Part shown: piece by piece, positions 30,837 through 41,778 of the stretch
Numbering within the stretch: the first letter of the stretch is position 1
Layout of the letters: each line of letters starts with the position of its first letter
Source of the DNA: Candidatus Omnitrophota bacterium
GTDB lineage: Bacteria > Omnitrophota > Gorgyraeia > Zapsychrales > Fredricksoniimonadaceae
DNA: 64,000 bases
Reading direction: 5' to 3'
NCBI GenBank assembly: GCA_903860135.1
Contig: CAIOPG010000006.1
Coordinates: 21,117-85,116, forward strand
Translations under genes and position numbers: made by a program
Notes under the pieces: generated by a model
Told to the model about the DNA's origin: nothing
The model's input: only the letters and a program-made list of their open reading frames with translations
Databases searched by the model: none

Positions 30837-31699
30837 GTGCTGTTTTGTTGGACGGCAAAGTGTTGGCGCTGCAAGCCTTGGCCGGATTAAAGGCGGAAGT
30901 TGAGCGTCTCAAGGGGCTTACCGGTGTTATACCGCGTTTTGTCAATATTGTTATCGGGCACGATGCCGGTGCCGCTTCTTACGGCAAGTCGCAAAAACGC
31001 GCAGCCGAGGCGATCGGGGTTGATTATCAGTTTACGTTCCTGCCCGCGCAGGTGAGTCAGGAAGAGCTCCTCGAGCAGATCAATTTTCTCAATCATGATA
31101 TGGCGGTGCACGGGGTGATGCTTCACAAGCCGGTACCGGCGGGGATATTGTTTGACGCGGCGGTCAACGCGATCAGCCCGGACAAGGATCTTGAAGGCAT
31201 GGGGGTTGTTAACAGGGGCCGGTTGTTCATGGGGCAGACCAAGGTCATACCGTGCACACCGGCGGCAGCCATGGCGCTTTTGGCCGCGAGTGGCGTTGAC
31301 CTTGCCGGCAGGAATGCCGTGATCGTCGGGCGCAGTGAGATCGTCGGCAAGCCGATGGCCATGCTTTTACTGGAAAAGAACGCAACCGTAACGGTGTGCC
31401 ACAGCGGCACCAGCCGTGCCGGGCATTTGGAAGATCATGTCAGGGCGGCCGAGATCTTGGTGGTGGCCATGGGCAAGCCAGGATTCATCCGCGGAGAATG
31501 GGTGCGTGAGGGGGCTGTTGTTATCGATGTCGGCATCAACGCGGTCGACGGCAAGATCACGGGCGACGTGGGGTTTGAGGCGGCTGTTCAGCGGGCAGCG
31601 TTTATAACACCTGTTCCCGGCGGGGTCGGCCCGGTCACGGCGGTCATGCTCATGCGCAACGGGATAGAATTATTCAAACAGCATCTTGGTCAGGCATGA
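30833..31699 (+). CDS. folD: Methylenetetrahydrofolate dehydrogenase/cyclohydrolase FolD
   Basis: LDGK, PCTP, GRSEIVGKP, IDVGIN, TPVPGGVGP. Confidence 0.95.
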   Translation: MSAVLLDGKVLALQALAGLKAEVERLKGLTGVIPRFVNIVIGHDAGAASYGKSQKRAAEAIGVDYQFTFLPAQVSQEELLEQINFLNHDMAVHGVMLHKPVPAGILFDAAVNAISPDKDLEGMGVVNRGRLFMGQTKVIPCTPAAAMALLAASGVDLAGRNAVIVGRSEIVGKPMAMLLLEKNATVTVCHSGTSRAGHLEDHVRAAEILVVAMGKPGFIRGEWVREGAVVIDVGINAVDGKITGDVGFEAAVQRAAFITPVPGGVGPVTAVMLMRNGIELFKQHLGQA

Positions 31700-32751
31700 A
31701 AAATATTGTTATCATCGGCCATGCGCCGGCAGCTCATGCGGCTATTTTGGCCATACTCGCGCGTGATCCGTCGACGGCCATTACCCTGATCAGCTGTGAC
31801 GGGAATCTTCCGTATGACCGTATGCTTTTGCCCGGGTTGATCGATCGTTCTGTCGCGGAAAAGAATATTTATTGCGCGCCGGTGGATTTTTATCAATCCG
31901 CCCGCATTCAGCTTGTGCTGGATAAGGAACTTTCACGCATTAATTTTGATCGCAAACGCGTCTTTACGGTCGAGGCTCCTGTGCCCGGTCGAGGCCCCGG
32001 CGCAAGGCTTCAGGTTGATTACGACGGTTTGATCATCATGGATGCTCCAGAAATAAGGCTTCCGGCCCTCAAAGGGGTACGCCGTCAGGGAGTGTTCCAC
32101 CTGGCGCGCCTCGAATCGGTTAGAAGTTTGATCCGTTATCTGGCGCTTACGGAAACGGTGGTGATCGAATTTTCAGGTTTTGCCGGTGTGCGGGCAGCGC
32201 TGGCACTCAGGTCTGCCGGCAAGGAAGTCATTGTGGCGGTGCGGCAAGACAGTCTCCTGCCGGATATTCTCGACGAAGGCCGTGCCGGCATGCTGGTGCG
32301 GGGTCTTGGCGCGCGCGGGGTGCGCCTTCTGCCGTCAGGCGGCGGGATCTCGGATATCATTGGTGAAGCCGAGGTGAAAGCGGTGCGGTTTGCTTCGGGT
32401 AAGGTCGTGGCGTGCGATATGGTTGTCCTTGAAGATGTGTCGGCTGACCTGCGTTTTCTTGATGATGCGGCGGTGGGAGTATCCGGGCGCATGGTTGTTG
32501 ATGATGCCTTTCGGACTTCTTTTGCGGATGTGTTTGCCATCGATGCTGTCTGTCAGGCAGATCAATTGAAATTGATGGGTGGATATGGCGTGGATACCAT
32601 GGCCGGCTGTGCTCAGGCCGTGACCGCCGTAGCAGGATTGTGCGATGAAGCAACGGGTTTGCCTGGATCGGGTTTTGGCCAGCGCGATATGCTCGATGCT
32701 TTTTTTCACCCGCAGGAATTGAACTTTCTTTGCCAGGAGGTTGTTCTCTGA
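31696..32751 (+). CDS. Homolog of FAD/NAD(P) pyridine-nucleotide oxidoreductases (NirB/rubredoxin reductase-like) with degenerate cofactor motifs
   Basis: Colinear with the family (IVIIG, ITLIS...PY.R..L, YD.LI, VFHL, CDMVV, VVD..FRTS..DVFA) but GxGxxG, ATG and GD motifs are altered. Confidence 0.7.
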   Translation: MKNIVIIGHAPAAHAAILAILARDPSTAITLISCDGNLPYDRMLLPGLIDRSVAEKNIYCAPVDFYQSARIQLVLDKELSRINFDRKRVFTVEAPVPGRGPGARLQVDYDGLIIMDAPEIRLPALKGVRRQGVFHLARLESVRSLIRYLALTETVVIEFSGFAGVRAALALRSAGKEVIVAVRQDSLLPDILDEGRAGMLVRGLGARGVRLLPSGGGISDIIGEAEVKAVRFASGKVVACDMVVLEDVSADLRFLDDAAVGVSGRMVVDDAFRTSFADVFAIDAVCQADQLKLMGGYGVDTMAGCAQAVTAVAGLCDEATGLPGSGFGQRDMLDAFFHPQELNFLCQEVVL

Positions 32752-33692
32752 TGGCCAGGACATTGTTTTTTTTATTTTTATTCTTTCCTTCCTTGTGTTT
32801 TGCGATTGAATCTCCAGGCCCATTGGAAATGCAAGATGCCTTGGCTTATCGTGCCCGTGGCGACGAACTCCAAGGGCAGGAGTCCTGGGGGCGGGCTCTC
32901 TTCTATTACGAACAAGCCGAGGCTTCGTTCCTTGCTGACGCTTCTTTTTTTAACGACAAGGGCGTGCTCTTGGAACATCTCGGGAGGATCAAAGAAGCGG
33001 AAGAATGTTATTTAAAGGCGATTGAATTGGATTTCAAATGTTTGCCGGCGTACAGCAACCTCGGTTATATGTATAAAAATCAGAAAAAGTATGATTTGTC
33101 TGCGCAATATTTCAGCAACCGCGTGCAGTATGGGAATCCAAGAGATCCCTGGATACTTGTGGCTCAGCAGGAACTTGAGAAACTTGGGTATCATTTACCG
33201 GCATTACATCAACAGCGAATGCAGAAAGAATGTGGCATCCTTGAAAATGAGCTTGTATTTCAGAAAGCTTTGCCAAAGATAGACGAAAGTCGTAAAGCAT
33301 ACGTCAGTGCTGAGATCGAATATCAGCTTGGTGTAAATTTCTTCAATGTCAGGGATTATGTTGCGGCGACGGAAGCTTTTCAGGCTTGTTTAAAATCTAA
33401 TCCACGCCACAAATCTTCACAGCATTATTTGGCACGCATTAAAGATCTTGAAGCTAGGTATCCTTCTTTAATGAAACCTGTTTTGCCGGAGATTAAGAAT
33501 ACAGACAATGCTACTGATAGGGCTATGGATAAAGCTGTTATTATTGCCACGGGTGAGTACAAGAAAGGTCTGGCGCAGATGCGGTTGGGGCGTTACACGG
33601 ACGCGGCCAAGGCTTTTGAGCTGGCGTTAGCCTTTACTCCAGATAATATTTATATCCAAGCGGCGCTTGCCCAAGCCCGTAAGGGGCGTTGA
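32751..33692 (+). CDS. Exported TPR protein
   Basis: SD AGGAGG, signal peptide, TPR motifs (FNDKGV, AYSNLG, YQLGV, YKKG). Confidence 0.8.
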   Translation: MARTLFFLFLFFPSLCFAIESPGPLEMQDALAYRARGDELQGQESWGRALFYYEQAEASFLADASFFNDKGVLLEHLGRIKEAEECYLKAIELDFKCLPAYSNLGYMYKNQKKYDLSAQYFSNRVQYGNPRDPWILVAQQELEKLGYHLPALHQQRMQKECGILENELVFQKALPKIDESRKAYVSAEIEYQLGVNFFNVRDYVAATEAFQACLKSNPRHKSSQHYLARIKDLEARYPSLMKPVLPEIKNTDNATDRAMDKAVIIATGEYKKGLAQMRLGRYTDAAKAFELALAFTPDNIYIQAALAQARKGR

Positions 33693-33693
33693 G

Positions 33694-36264
33694 GTGGCAG
33701 ACCGCATCCTTCTCATTGATGGTCATGCGCTTGCTTACCGTGCTTTTTACGCGGTTCAGGATTTACGCAATAGCCGTGGCCTACCGACCAATGCGGTGTT
33801 TGGTTTTATTAATATTTTTCGCAAGATACTAAAAACATACGCGCCTGATCATGTGGCGGGCTGCTTCGATACAGGCAAGGCCACATTCCGGCGTGAAAAG
33901 TTCGCCGCTTACAAGATCCAGCGCTCGGCCATGCCTGAAGACCTCGTCGGACAGATTCCGCTGATCAAGGCTGTGCTGCGCGCCTACGGGGTGCCTGTCT
34001 TTGAGAAAGAGGGCTATGAAGCCGATGACCTGATCGCGACATTGGTGGCGCGGTTCGGCTGGGGGCATGAGATCATCATCGCTTCGGACGACAAAGATAT
34101 GCAGCAGCTTGTTTCCGACGGCGTGCGTGTTTATAACAGCCGCCGTGATGCCCTGCTTGGCCCTGCCGATACCCTCGCGCGCTTTGGCGTTGGTCCTGCT
34201 GGGGTGGTCGATTATCTGGCGCTGGCGGGTGACGCGAGTGATAACATTCCCGGCGTTGCGGGTGTCGGGGATGTGACGGCGCAGAAGCTTTTGAAAGAAT
34301 TCGGATCGCTCGATGGCATCTTGGCGCGCTCGGCGGAGATCAAGGGTAAGCTCAGGGAGAAGATCGAGCAGGGTAAGGCTTCAGCTCTTCTCAGCCGAGA
34401 GCTGGCGACGCTCGATGCGCAGGTTCCGCTCGATTGCACGCTCGATGATATTAAATTTGGCAGGATGGATCGCAGTGCTTTGTCCAAGCTTTTTATGGAG
34501 TTTGAATTCCGGCGGCTTGCCGAAGAGTTTGCGTCTGTGCAGGAGCTGTCCCTTCCGGCTTTGATGCCAGCTGCAACTATCAATGACGGTGGCCATGACG
34601 CGGTGCAGTGTGCGGGCGTCGCCCTCTTGACAGGTTTCATTGCTCTCCTGCCTGTGACCGGAGAGGATGGGGCTGGCCGCAAGGTGTTTGAAACTGTTGT
34701 GGCGGCTTCCGGCGGTGTTGTGTTCACATTTAAGGCGGATGAATTGGCGGCCCTGGCGGATGTGTGGATGTCGCCAGATGTGGTCAAGTGTGTTTATGAT
34801 GCCAAGCCTTTATTGAAAGCACTGGCTCTGACCGGGTTTGACCTGAAAGGGGAGGTTTTTGATGTCATGCTGGCTGGATACCTGCTCAAGTCCGGCTTAT
34901 CGGCGTTCACCCTTCCGGCCTTGGCGCAGGCGTACCTGAACAGTTCTTTGCCCGAAGGGACTGATGCCTTAGGGCATCAAGCGGCGGCCCTCGAAAAACT
35001 TTATGCGCCGCTGAAGGCAGAGCTTGATGACAAGAAATTAGCGGAGCTCTTTTGGAATATTGAAATGCCATTGTGCGCGGTGCTTGCTGTCATGGAAGGC
35101 CGGGGGATATGCCTGGATACCGCTATTCTCGCGGACCTTTCGCGTGAATGCCAGCGCCGCATTGAGGATATGACCGGGGCACTGTACGCACTTGCCGGAG
35201 GGGCGTTTAATCTTAATTCGCCCAAACAACTGGGTGTGATCCTGTTTGAAAAACTGGCGTTGCCCGTTATCAAGAAAACCAAGACAGGGCCGTCGACTGA
35301 CGAAGAAGTGTTGTCGCGCCTGGCGCCCTTGCATGAACTCCCGAAGCTTATATTGGAATATCGCCAGCTGGCGAAATTACGTTCGACTTATCTTGATGCT
35401 TTGCCCCGGCTTGTTGATCCTGACGGCCGCGTGCGTTGTGCGTTCAATCAGGCGGGGACAGAAACAGGCCGCCTGAGCGCGGATCATCCGAATCTTCAGA
35501 ATATTCCGGTGCGCACCGATATTGGCCGCGCGATCCGTAAGGCTTTCTTGCCGTCTTCAGGCGGGAATGTCCTGGTGTCGGCGGATTATTCCCAGATCGA
35601 GTTGAGATTTCTGGCGCATCTTGCGGCTGATCCGCGGCTGAGCGAGGCTTTTGTCAACGGTGAGGATATCCATACATTTACAGCGGCTCTGATCTTTGAT
35701 GTCCCGCAAGCCATGGTTACGGATGTAATGCGTTACCGCGCCAAACGGATCAACTTCGGGATCATCTACGGGATGAGCGCTTTTGGCCTGGCCAAAGACC
35801 TTGGTGTCCCGCAACGTGAAGCCCAGGATTTCATAGACCGGTATTTTTTACGTTACCCGGCGATACAGGCTTTTATGGCGCGGTGTGAGGCCGAAGCAGT
35901 GGAACGGGGTTTCGCCATGACCATGTTCGGCCGGCGCCGTTATATCCCCGAGATCAACAGCCGTAACACGGCTGTGCGCCAGTTCGCCGGGCGACAGGCG
36001 GTCAATACGCCGGTGCAGGGGGCTGCTGCCGACCTGATGAAGGCGGCGATGGTCGCGGTGCACCGGATGCTTGAGGCGCAGTCTTTTTCGGCGGATATGG
36101 TGCTTACCGTGCATGACGAACTGGTATTTGATGTGCCCGAAGCCGACGCACTGCGACTTGGGCAGGCAGTCAAGCGTGTCATGGAAACAACATTAACGTT
36201 AGCAGTCCCCGTCGAGGTGACTGTCAAGGTTGGTCCCAACTGGGCGGAGATGAAAAAAATATGA
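33694..36264 (+). CDS. polA: DNA polymerase I
   Basis: IDGHALAYRAFY, EADD, GDASDNIPGV; motifs ADYSQIELR, AKRINFGIIYG, VHDELVF; start GTG 33694. Confidence 0.97.
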   Translation: MADRILLIDGHALAYRAFYAVQDLRNSRGLPTNAVFGFINIFRKILKTYAPDHVAGCFDTGKATFRREKFAAYKIQRSAMPEDLVGQIPLIKAVLRAYGVPVFEKEGYEADDLIATLVARFGWGHEIIIASDDKDMQQLVSDGVRVYNSRRDALLGPADTLARFGVGPAGVVDYLALAGDASDNIPGVAGVGDVTAQKLLKEFGSLDGILARSAEIKGKLREKIEQGKASALLSRELATLDAQVPLDCTLDDIKFGRMDRSALSKLFMEFEFRRLAEEFASVQELSLPALMPAATINDGGHDAVQCAGVALLTGFIALLPVTGEDGAGRKVFETVVAASGGVVFTFKADELAALADVWMSPDVVKCVYDAKPLLKALALTGFDLKGEVFDVMLAGYLLKSGLSAFTLPALAQAYLNSSLPEGTDALGHQAAALEKLYAPLKAELDDKKLAELFWNIEMPLCAVLAVMEGRGICLDTAILADLSRECQRRIEDMTGALYALAGGAFNLNSPKQLGVILFEKLALPVIKKTKTGPSTDEEVLSRLAPLHELPKLILEYRQLAKLRSTYLDALPRLVDPDGRVRCAFNQAGTETGRLSADHPNLQNIPVRTDIGRAIRKAFLPSSGGNVLVSADYSQIELRFLAHLAADPRLSEAFVNGEDIHTFTAALIFDVPQAMVTDVMRYRAKRINFGIIYGMSAFGLAKDLGVPQREAQDFIDRYFLRYPAIQAFMARCEAEAVERGFAMTMFGRRRYIPEINSRNTAVRQFAGRQAVNTPVQGAAADLMKAAMVAVHRMLEAQSFSADMVLTVHDELVFDVPEADALRLGQAVKRVMETTLTLAVPVEVTVKVGPNWAEMKKI

Positions 36265-37661
36265 GGATCGTCTTTGTAGCTTCCGAAGTTTTCCCGTTCG
36301 CCAAGACCGGCGGGCTGGCAGATGTCTGCGGCACCTTGCCGCTGGAACTCGAGCGGCTTGGTCATGACGTGATCATCATTATGCCGTATTACCGTTGTGT
36401 CGGCCGACAGCCGGCATTCAGTGATGATGCCATGATGGGTGTCGTCGGGAAAGACCTTAAGGTGTATTTCCTGCGTCATCTGGAATTCTTCGACAGGCCG
36501 CAGCTTTACGGCGAAGCCGGCGGTGATTACCCTGATAATATGGATCGTTTTGCGTTCCTGTGCCATGCAACGCTCCGTTTGCTCAAGGCATTGGGCAAGC
36601 CTGTGGATATCATTCATTGCCATGATTGGCAGACGGGCTTGATCCCCGTTCTTCTTAAAGAAAACTACGCTGATGACCCGTTCTTTGCGCGGACACGTTC
36701 AGTGCTGACGATTCATAATCTTGCTTATCAGGGTGTTTTTCCGAAAGAGGAAATGCCCCGTCTCGGCCTGGACGCGCGCTTGTTCAACCCCGGTGCGCTT
36801 GAGTTTTATGAAAAAATTAATTTCCTCAAAGCCGGCATTGTTTTTGCCGATCATATCACAACGGTAAGCCCGCAGTACGCGGCCGAGATTCAGACCAAGG
36901 AATCAGGTTGTGGGCTTGAAGGGGTGATTTGCCAGAACAAAGATCGACTGGCGGGCCTGTTGAACGGCCTGGATTACAGGCAGTGGGATCCGGCGACGGA
37001 CAAGCTTTTGGATCCGACGTATGCGGCCAGCAGCGTTCAGGGCAAGGCTGTGCACAAAGGGAAATTGCAAAAGGCCTTGAATCTTCCGGTGGCTAAGGCC
37101 ATCCCGGTCTTTGGTTTTGTGGGCAGGCTTTGTTATCAGAAGGGCTTCGACCTTCTGGAGATTGCTTTTGACGATCTGATGAAAAGGAACGTGCAGGTTG
37201 TTTTTATGGGGGTGGGCGAAGAAAAGTACCAGAAGCTTCTTGTCAGACTGGCAAAAAAATATCCCGGGCAATGTGGGGTGGTGATCCGTTATGATGAAAG
37301 TTTCGCGCACATGATCTATGCCGGGGCGGATATTTTCCTGATGCCGTCGATCTACGAACCTTGCGGATTGACGCAGATGATCAGTCTGCGCTATGGCACG
37401 ATCCCGCTGGTGAGTGAGGTGGGGGGGCTGGCGGATACGGTTACGGATTTCACCCTGAATGCGCTCAAGGGGAACGGTTTTGTCATGCCGGACTACACCC
37501 CCGAGGGGTTGTTGGCGGCTGTAGATCGGGCCTGTGCTGTTTTTGCCCGCAAGGATGATTGGGGCGTTTTGATCGCCAGGGCCATGGCATGCCGCTGGAC
37601 ATGGGAATCATCAGCGGTCCATTATGTGGCGTGTTATGAAAAATGCTTAAGATCGGCCTGA
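36261..37661 (+). CDS. glgA: Glycogen synthase
   Basis: PFAKTGGLADV, HCHDWQT, TIHNLAYQG, PSIYEPCGLTQ. Confidence 0.95.
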   Translation: MRIVFVASEVFPFAKTGGLADVCGTLPLELERLGHDVIIIMPYYRCVGRQPAFSDDAMMGVVGKDLKVYFLRHLEFFDRPQLYGEAGGDYPDNMDRFAFLCHATLRLLKALGKPVDIIHCHDWQTGLIPVLLKENYADDPFFARTRSVLTIHNLAYQGVFPKEEMPRLGLDARLFNPGALEFYEKINFLKAGIVFADHITTVSPQYAAEIQTKESGCGLEGVICQNKDRLAGLLNGLDYRQWDPATDKLLDPTYAASSVQGKAVHKGKLQKALNLPVAKAIPVFGFVGRLCYQKGFDLLEIAFDDLMKRNVQVVFMGVGEEKYQKLLVRLAKKYPGQCGVVIRYDESFAHMIYAGADIFLMPSIYEPCGLTQMISLRYGTIPLVSEVGGLADTVTDFTLNALKGNGFVMPDYTPEGLLAAVDRACAVFARKDDWGVLIARAMACRWTWESSAVHYVACYEKCLRSA

Positions 37662-38296
37662 CCGGTAGTTTCGGGGCGGGTAAGTCTTTCGTCGCGGCCA
37701 TGTTCGCGGCGCGGGGCGCTCAGGTCATCCAGGCGGATGATGTGGTTCATGCTCTATACGAAAGAAATAAACATTGCCGGGATGCCATAGCCAAGGCTTT
37801 TGGCACCGGGATCGTCGGGCCGTCGGGGGTTGACCGTGCCGGCTTGGGCAGGATTGTTTTTAAGGATAAGGATGCGCTGGCACGGCTTGAAGCCATTGTG
37901 CATCCGTATGTGCGCCGTGATATCCTGGCGGCGATAAAGAAAGCGGGGAGGCGCATGGTTGTTGTTGATGCGGCTATTTTATGCGAGGCCGGTTGGCACA
38001 CCATGGTTGATACGGTGATTGTCGTCAAAGCTCGGCGAGATATCCAGATCAAACGTGCCATGGCGCGTACAGGACTTTCTAAAGCTGATGTCCTCGGGCG
38101 CATCCGTCGGCAAATGCCGTTGAGGGAAAAAATGAAATATGCGGCTTATATTATAAATAACAGCGGGTCTCCCGCTCAGACAGAACAACAAGTGGAACGG
38201 ATCATTCGGTCCCTTCACGCCGGCCCGTTAACCGGGCGCAGGATCTTGCCAACAACACCCACCAACAGGAGTAAGCAGTATGACCAAAGAATCTAA
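37643..38296 (+). CDS. coaE: Dephospho-CoA kinase
   Basis: [25 protein letters not shown]. Confidence 0.92.
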   Translation: MLKIGLTGSFGAGKSFVAAMFAARGAQVIQADDVVHALYERNKHCRDAIAKAFGTGIVGPSGVDRAGLGRIVFKDKDALARLEAIVHPYVRRDILAAIKKAGRRMVVVDAAILCEAGWHTMVDTVIVVKARRDIQIKRAMARTGLSKADVLGRIRRQMPLREKMKYAAYIINNSGSPAQTEQQVERIIRSLHAGPLTGRRILPTTPTNRSKQYDQRI

Positions 38297-39626
38297 AAGT
38301 GAACGCAACCAGGTCCCGCAGGAAGAAACCGTTGTTGCGGCGACGCCTCAACCCGCGGCAGATGTTCCGGCCAAGAGCCTGAACATCGAGGAATTGAAGG
38401 AAATGAAGATGCCGGAGCTTTCCCAGGTCGGGCGGAATTTGAACGTCGAAGGCGTTAGTGCGCTCAAGAAACAGGACCTGATCTTTAAGATCCTGCAGGC
38501 CCAGGCCGAGAAAGACGGGCTCATGTTCGGTTCCGGAGTCCTGGAGATACTGCCTGAAGGGTTCGGGTTCCTGCGCAGTTCCGGTTACAATTACTTGCCA
38601 TGCCCTGATGATATCTATATTTCTCCGTCGCAGATCAGGCGCTTTGACCTTAAAACGGGCGATACCGTCAGCGGTCAGATCCGGCCGCCGAAAGAAGGCG
38701 AGAAGTATTTTGCCCTGCTGAAGGTCGAGGCGGTCAATTTCGAGCACCCGGACAAGTGCAAGGACAAGATCCTTTTTGATAATCTGACACCGCTTTATCC
38801 CAACGAGCGGCTGAAGCTTGAAAATACTCCCGGCGATATTTCCATGCGCATCATGGACCTATTGACGCCCATCGGCAAGGGCCAGCGGGCCCTTATCGTT
38901 GCGCCGCCGTACAGTGGCAAAACGGTCCTGTTGCAGAAGATCGCCAATGCGATCACGATCAGCCATCCGGAAGTTGTCATGATCGTGCTTCTGATCGACG
39001 AGCGTCCGGAAGAGGTTACGGATATGCAGCGCAACGTTAAGGCCGAGGTTGTTTCTTCGACCTTCGATGAACCGGCAGAACGTCATGTCCAGGTGGCGGA
39101 AATTGTCCTTGAGAAAGCCAAACGCCTCATCGAGCACAAGCGAGATGTGGTTATCCTGCTGGATTCGATCACGCGCCTGGCCCGCGCCTACAACACGGTC
39201 GTCCCGCATTCCGGCAAGATCCTTTCCGGCGGTGTGGATTCCAGTGCCCTGCACAAGCCCAAGCGTTTCTTCGGGGCCGCGCGTAATATCGAGGAGGGCG
39301 GTTCTCTCACCATTATCGCCACGGCGCTTGTGGATACCGGCAGTCGCATGGATGAAGTTATTTTTGAAGAATTCAAGGGGACGGGCAACATGGAACTTCA
39401 GCTTGACCGAAGCCTGTTCCAGCGCCGTATTTATCCGGCCATCGACATTAAACGTTCCAACACCCGTCATGAAGAGCTTTTGGTCACCAAGGAACAGCTT
39501 CAGCGGATGTGGCTTCTGCGCAAGGTTTTTACGGATCTAAATTCAGCCGAAGCCATGGAGATCCTCATTCAAAAGATGTCACAGTCAAAGAACAACGAGG
39601 AATTCTTGCAAAATATGAACAGATAA
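38280..39626 (+). CDS. rho: Transcription termination factor Rho
   Basis: [53 protein letters not shown]. Confidence 0.98.
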   Translation: MTKESKSERNQVPQEETVVAATPQPAADVPAKSLNIEELKEMKMPELSQVGRNLNVEGVSALKKQDLIFKILQAQAEKDGLMFGSGVLEILPEGFGFLRSSGYNYLPCPDDIYISPSQIRRFDLKTGDTVSGQIRPPKEGEKYFALLKVEAVNFEHPDKCKDKILFDNLTPLYPNERLKLENTPGDISMRIMDLLTPIGKGQRALIVAPPYSGKTVLLQKIANAITISHPEVVMIVLLIDERPEEVTDMQRNVKAEVVSSTFDEPAERHVQVAEIVLEKAKRLIEHKRDVVILLDSITRLARAYNTVVPHSGKILSGGVDSSALHKPKRFFGAARNIEEGGSLTIIATALVDTGSRMDEVIFEEFKGTGNMELQLDRSLFQRRIYPAIDIKRSNTRHEELLVTKEQLQRMWLLRKVFTDLNSAEAMEILIQKMSQSKNNEEFLQNMNR

Positions 39627-39703
39627 TGTATACTTCTCCATTCTTTGGGAAAATGCCCGGCCAGGCGGCCGGGATGTGATGTTATATGTAAAAGGAAGGT
39701 GTT

Positions 39704-39907
39704 ATGAAAGACGGTATCCATCCTGATTATCAGGAAACAACGATCGCCTGTGCCTGCGGCCATGTGATGAACACCCGCACGACCAAGAAGAATATCCGCG
39801 TCGAGATCTGTTCGAGCTGCCATCCGTTCTTCACCGGATCCAAGAAGGTGATGGATACGGCTGGCCGTATCGAGCGTTTCCAGAAGCGGTATGCTAAAGG
39901 AAAGTAA
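39704..39907 (+). CDS. rpmE: 50S ribosomal protein L31 (Zn-binding type)
   Basis: [27 protein letters not shown]. Confidence 0.97.
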   Translation: MKDGIHPDYQETTIACACGHVMNTRTTKKNIRVEICSSCHPFFTGSKKVMDTAGRIERFQKRYAKGK

Positions 39908-40964
39908 TCTGAAGAGAATGGCGGACGCCAGGTCCCGTCATGCCGAACTGGAACAAATCTTTGCTTCAGCCGGCGCTATTGCTGACCAGGATGCGTATCA
40001 GAAGCTCGCCAAGGAATTCGCGGACCTTAAACCCGTCATCGAACTTCAGCAGGAATATGCCAGGAATATGACGCAGATCGCGGAAGCGCGCCGTATGCTC
40101 GCGGACGAGCTGGATCGTGATCTGCGTGATATGGCCCGGCAGGAGCTTGCCGAATTGGGCACAGCCGCCGAAGCGATCGAATCCCGCATCAATGATTTCT
40201 TTGATCCGTTAAAGAATGAAAAAGACCTGGATGTGATCCTTGAGATCCGTGCCGGTACAGGCGGTCAGGAAGCGAGCCTTTTTGCCGCCGATCTTTACCG
40301 TATGTATTGCAAATATGTCGCGCTCAAATCCTGGAAGATTGACCCCATTGCCGTGAGTGAAGGGGAAAAAGGTTACAAGGAAGTCATTTTCAGCGTCAGC
40401 GGGAAAGGCGCTTCCCGACGCCTCAAGTGGGAGAGCGGTACGCACCGTGTCCAGCGCGTCCCTGCCACCGAAGCGTCCGGGCGTATCCATACATCTGCCG
40501 CGACCGTAGCTGTTCTTTTTGAGCCTGAAGAGGTGGATCTGGCCATTGACCCCAAAGACTTAAAGATCGATGTTTTTCGGGCATCAGGCCCCGGCGGGCA
40601 AAGTGTCAATACCGCTGATTCGGCCATTCGCATCACGCATCTGCCGACGGGGCTTGTGGTGGTGTGCCAGGATGAACGGTCTCAGCTGAAAAACAAGATC
40701 AAAGCGATGCGCGTCTTGCGTGCCCGTATGCAGGAGCATATCCAGCAGGAACGTGCCCGTAAAGAAGCTTCCGCCCGCAAGGCCCAGGTAGGGACCGGCG
40801 ACCGCAGTGAAAAGATCCGCACTTATAATTTTCCTGATCATCGCGTGACCGACCACCGCATCGGGTTTACCACCCATCAGCTTCCGGCGGTTATGGAAGG
40901 TGACCTAGATGAGATCTTTGACGCTTTGCTCAGGGCCGAACAGGACGCCAGAGACCAAGCGTAA
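39891..40964 (+). CDS. prfA: Peptide chain release factor 1
   Basis: [17 protein letters not shown] (PxT), GGQ, IRTYNF; followed by prmC. Confidence 0.96.
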   Translation: MLKESNLKRMADARSRHAELEQIFASAGAIADQDAYQKLAKEFADLKPVIELQQEYARNMTQIAEARRMLADELDRDLRDMARQELAELGTAAEAIESRINDFFDPLKNEKDLDVILEIRAGTGGQEASLFAADLYRMYCKYVALKSWKIDPIAVSEGEKGYKEVIFSVSGKGASRRLKWESGTHRVQRVPATEASGRIHTSAATVAVLFEPEEVDLAIDPKDLKIDVFRASGPGGQSVNTADSAIRITHLPTGLVVVCQDERSQLKNKIKAMRVLRARMQEHIQQERARKEASARKAQVGTGDRSEKIRTYNFPDHRVTDHRIGFTTHQLPAVMEGDLDEIFDALLRAEQDARDQA

Positions 40965-41755
40965 TGACCGTCGACGAGCTTTTTCTCACCGCGATCCTTG
41001 ATTGTACCCGCAGTGACCTGTATCTTCATCCACGCGTGTTAACGGACGCAGAGCAGTTTCAGCTGGATGAAAGGCGGGCTCGCCACAAGGCTGGTGAGCC
41101 GGTGCAGTATTTGAACGGGTTCACTGAATTTTACGGGTATCGTTTTGAGGTTGGTCCGGGGGTGCTGATCCCGCGTCCTGAGACGGAAATCCTGGCTGAG
41201 CTGGTTATCCGTTCCGTCAAGGCGGATAGGCGGCGGGATATCCGCATCCTTGATATAGGGACCGGTTCAGGCTGTTTGGCCATTAGCTTGGCCAGGGAGT
41301 TGCCGGAGTGCCGCGTGGTTGCCATTGATGTTTCCGAGACCGCGCTCGTTTATGCCCGGCGGAATTCGGTTCTTAACGGCACTTTGGATCGTGTGGCCTG
41401 TGTTCAGCGGGATATGTTCTGGTTTCTCGATGAGACTGCTGAGCGTTTTGATGTTGTTGTTTCAAATCCGCCGTATATCCCGGGCAGTGCCTTGGGAACG
41501 TTGCCGGCGGATGTTCGCCATGAGCCCGAGCTGGCGCTCGATGGCGGGCCGGACGGATTACATTTCTACAGGTTTCTTGTGCCGGCTTCGTGGAAGGTTC
41601 TTGTGCCGGGTGGGTTGCTGGCCGTTGAGTTTGGCGACGGGCAGGCAAAAGAGTTGGAAAATCTCTTTGCCGTCACCGGGCCTTGGGATAAAATAAAAAT
41701 TCATCAGGATAATGCCGGGAAAGCCCGTATCATGACGGCCCGGAAAGTGATATAA
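40964..41755 (+). CDS. prmC: Release factor glutamine methyltransferase PrmC/HemK
   Basis: LIPRPETE, LDIGTGSG, SNPPYI, ALDGGPDG. Confidence 0.95.
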   Translation: MTVDELFLTAILDCTRSDLYLHPRVLTDAEQFQLDERRARHKAGEPVQYLNGFTEFYGYRFEVGPGVLIPRPETEILAELVIRSVKADRRRDIRILDIGTGSGCLAISLARELPECRVVAIDVSETALVYARRNSVLNGTLDRVACVQRDMFWFLDETAERFDVVVSNPPYIPGSALGTLPADVRHEPELALDGGPDGLHFYRFLVPASWKVLVPGGLLAVEFGDGQAKELENLFAVTGPWDKIKIHQDNAGKARIMTARKVI

Positions 41756-41778
41756 CCCGTTAACCATGAACAGGCCTT

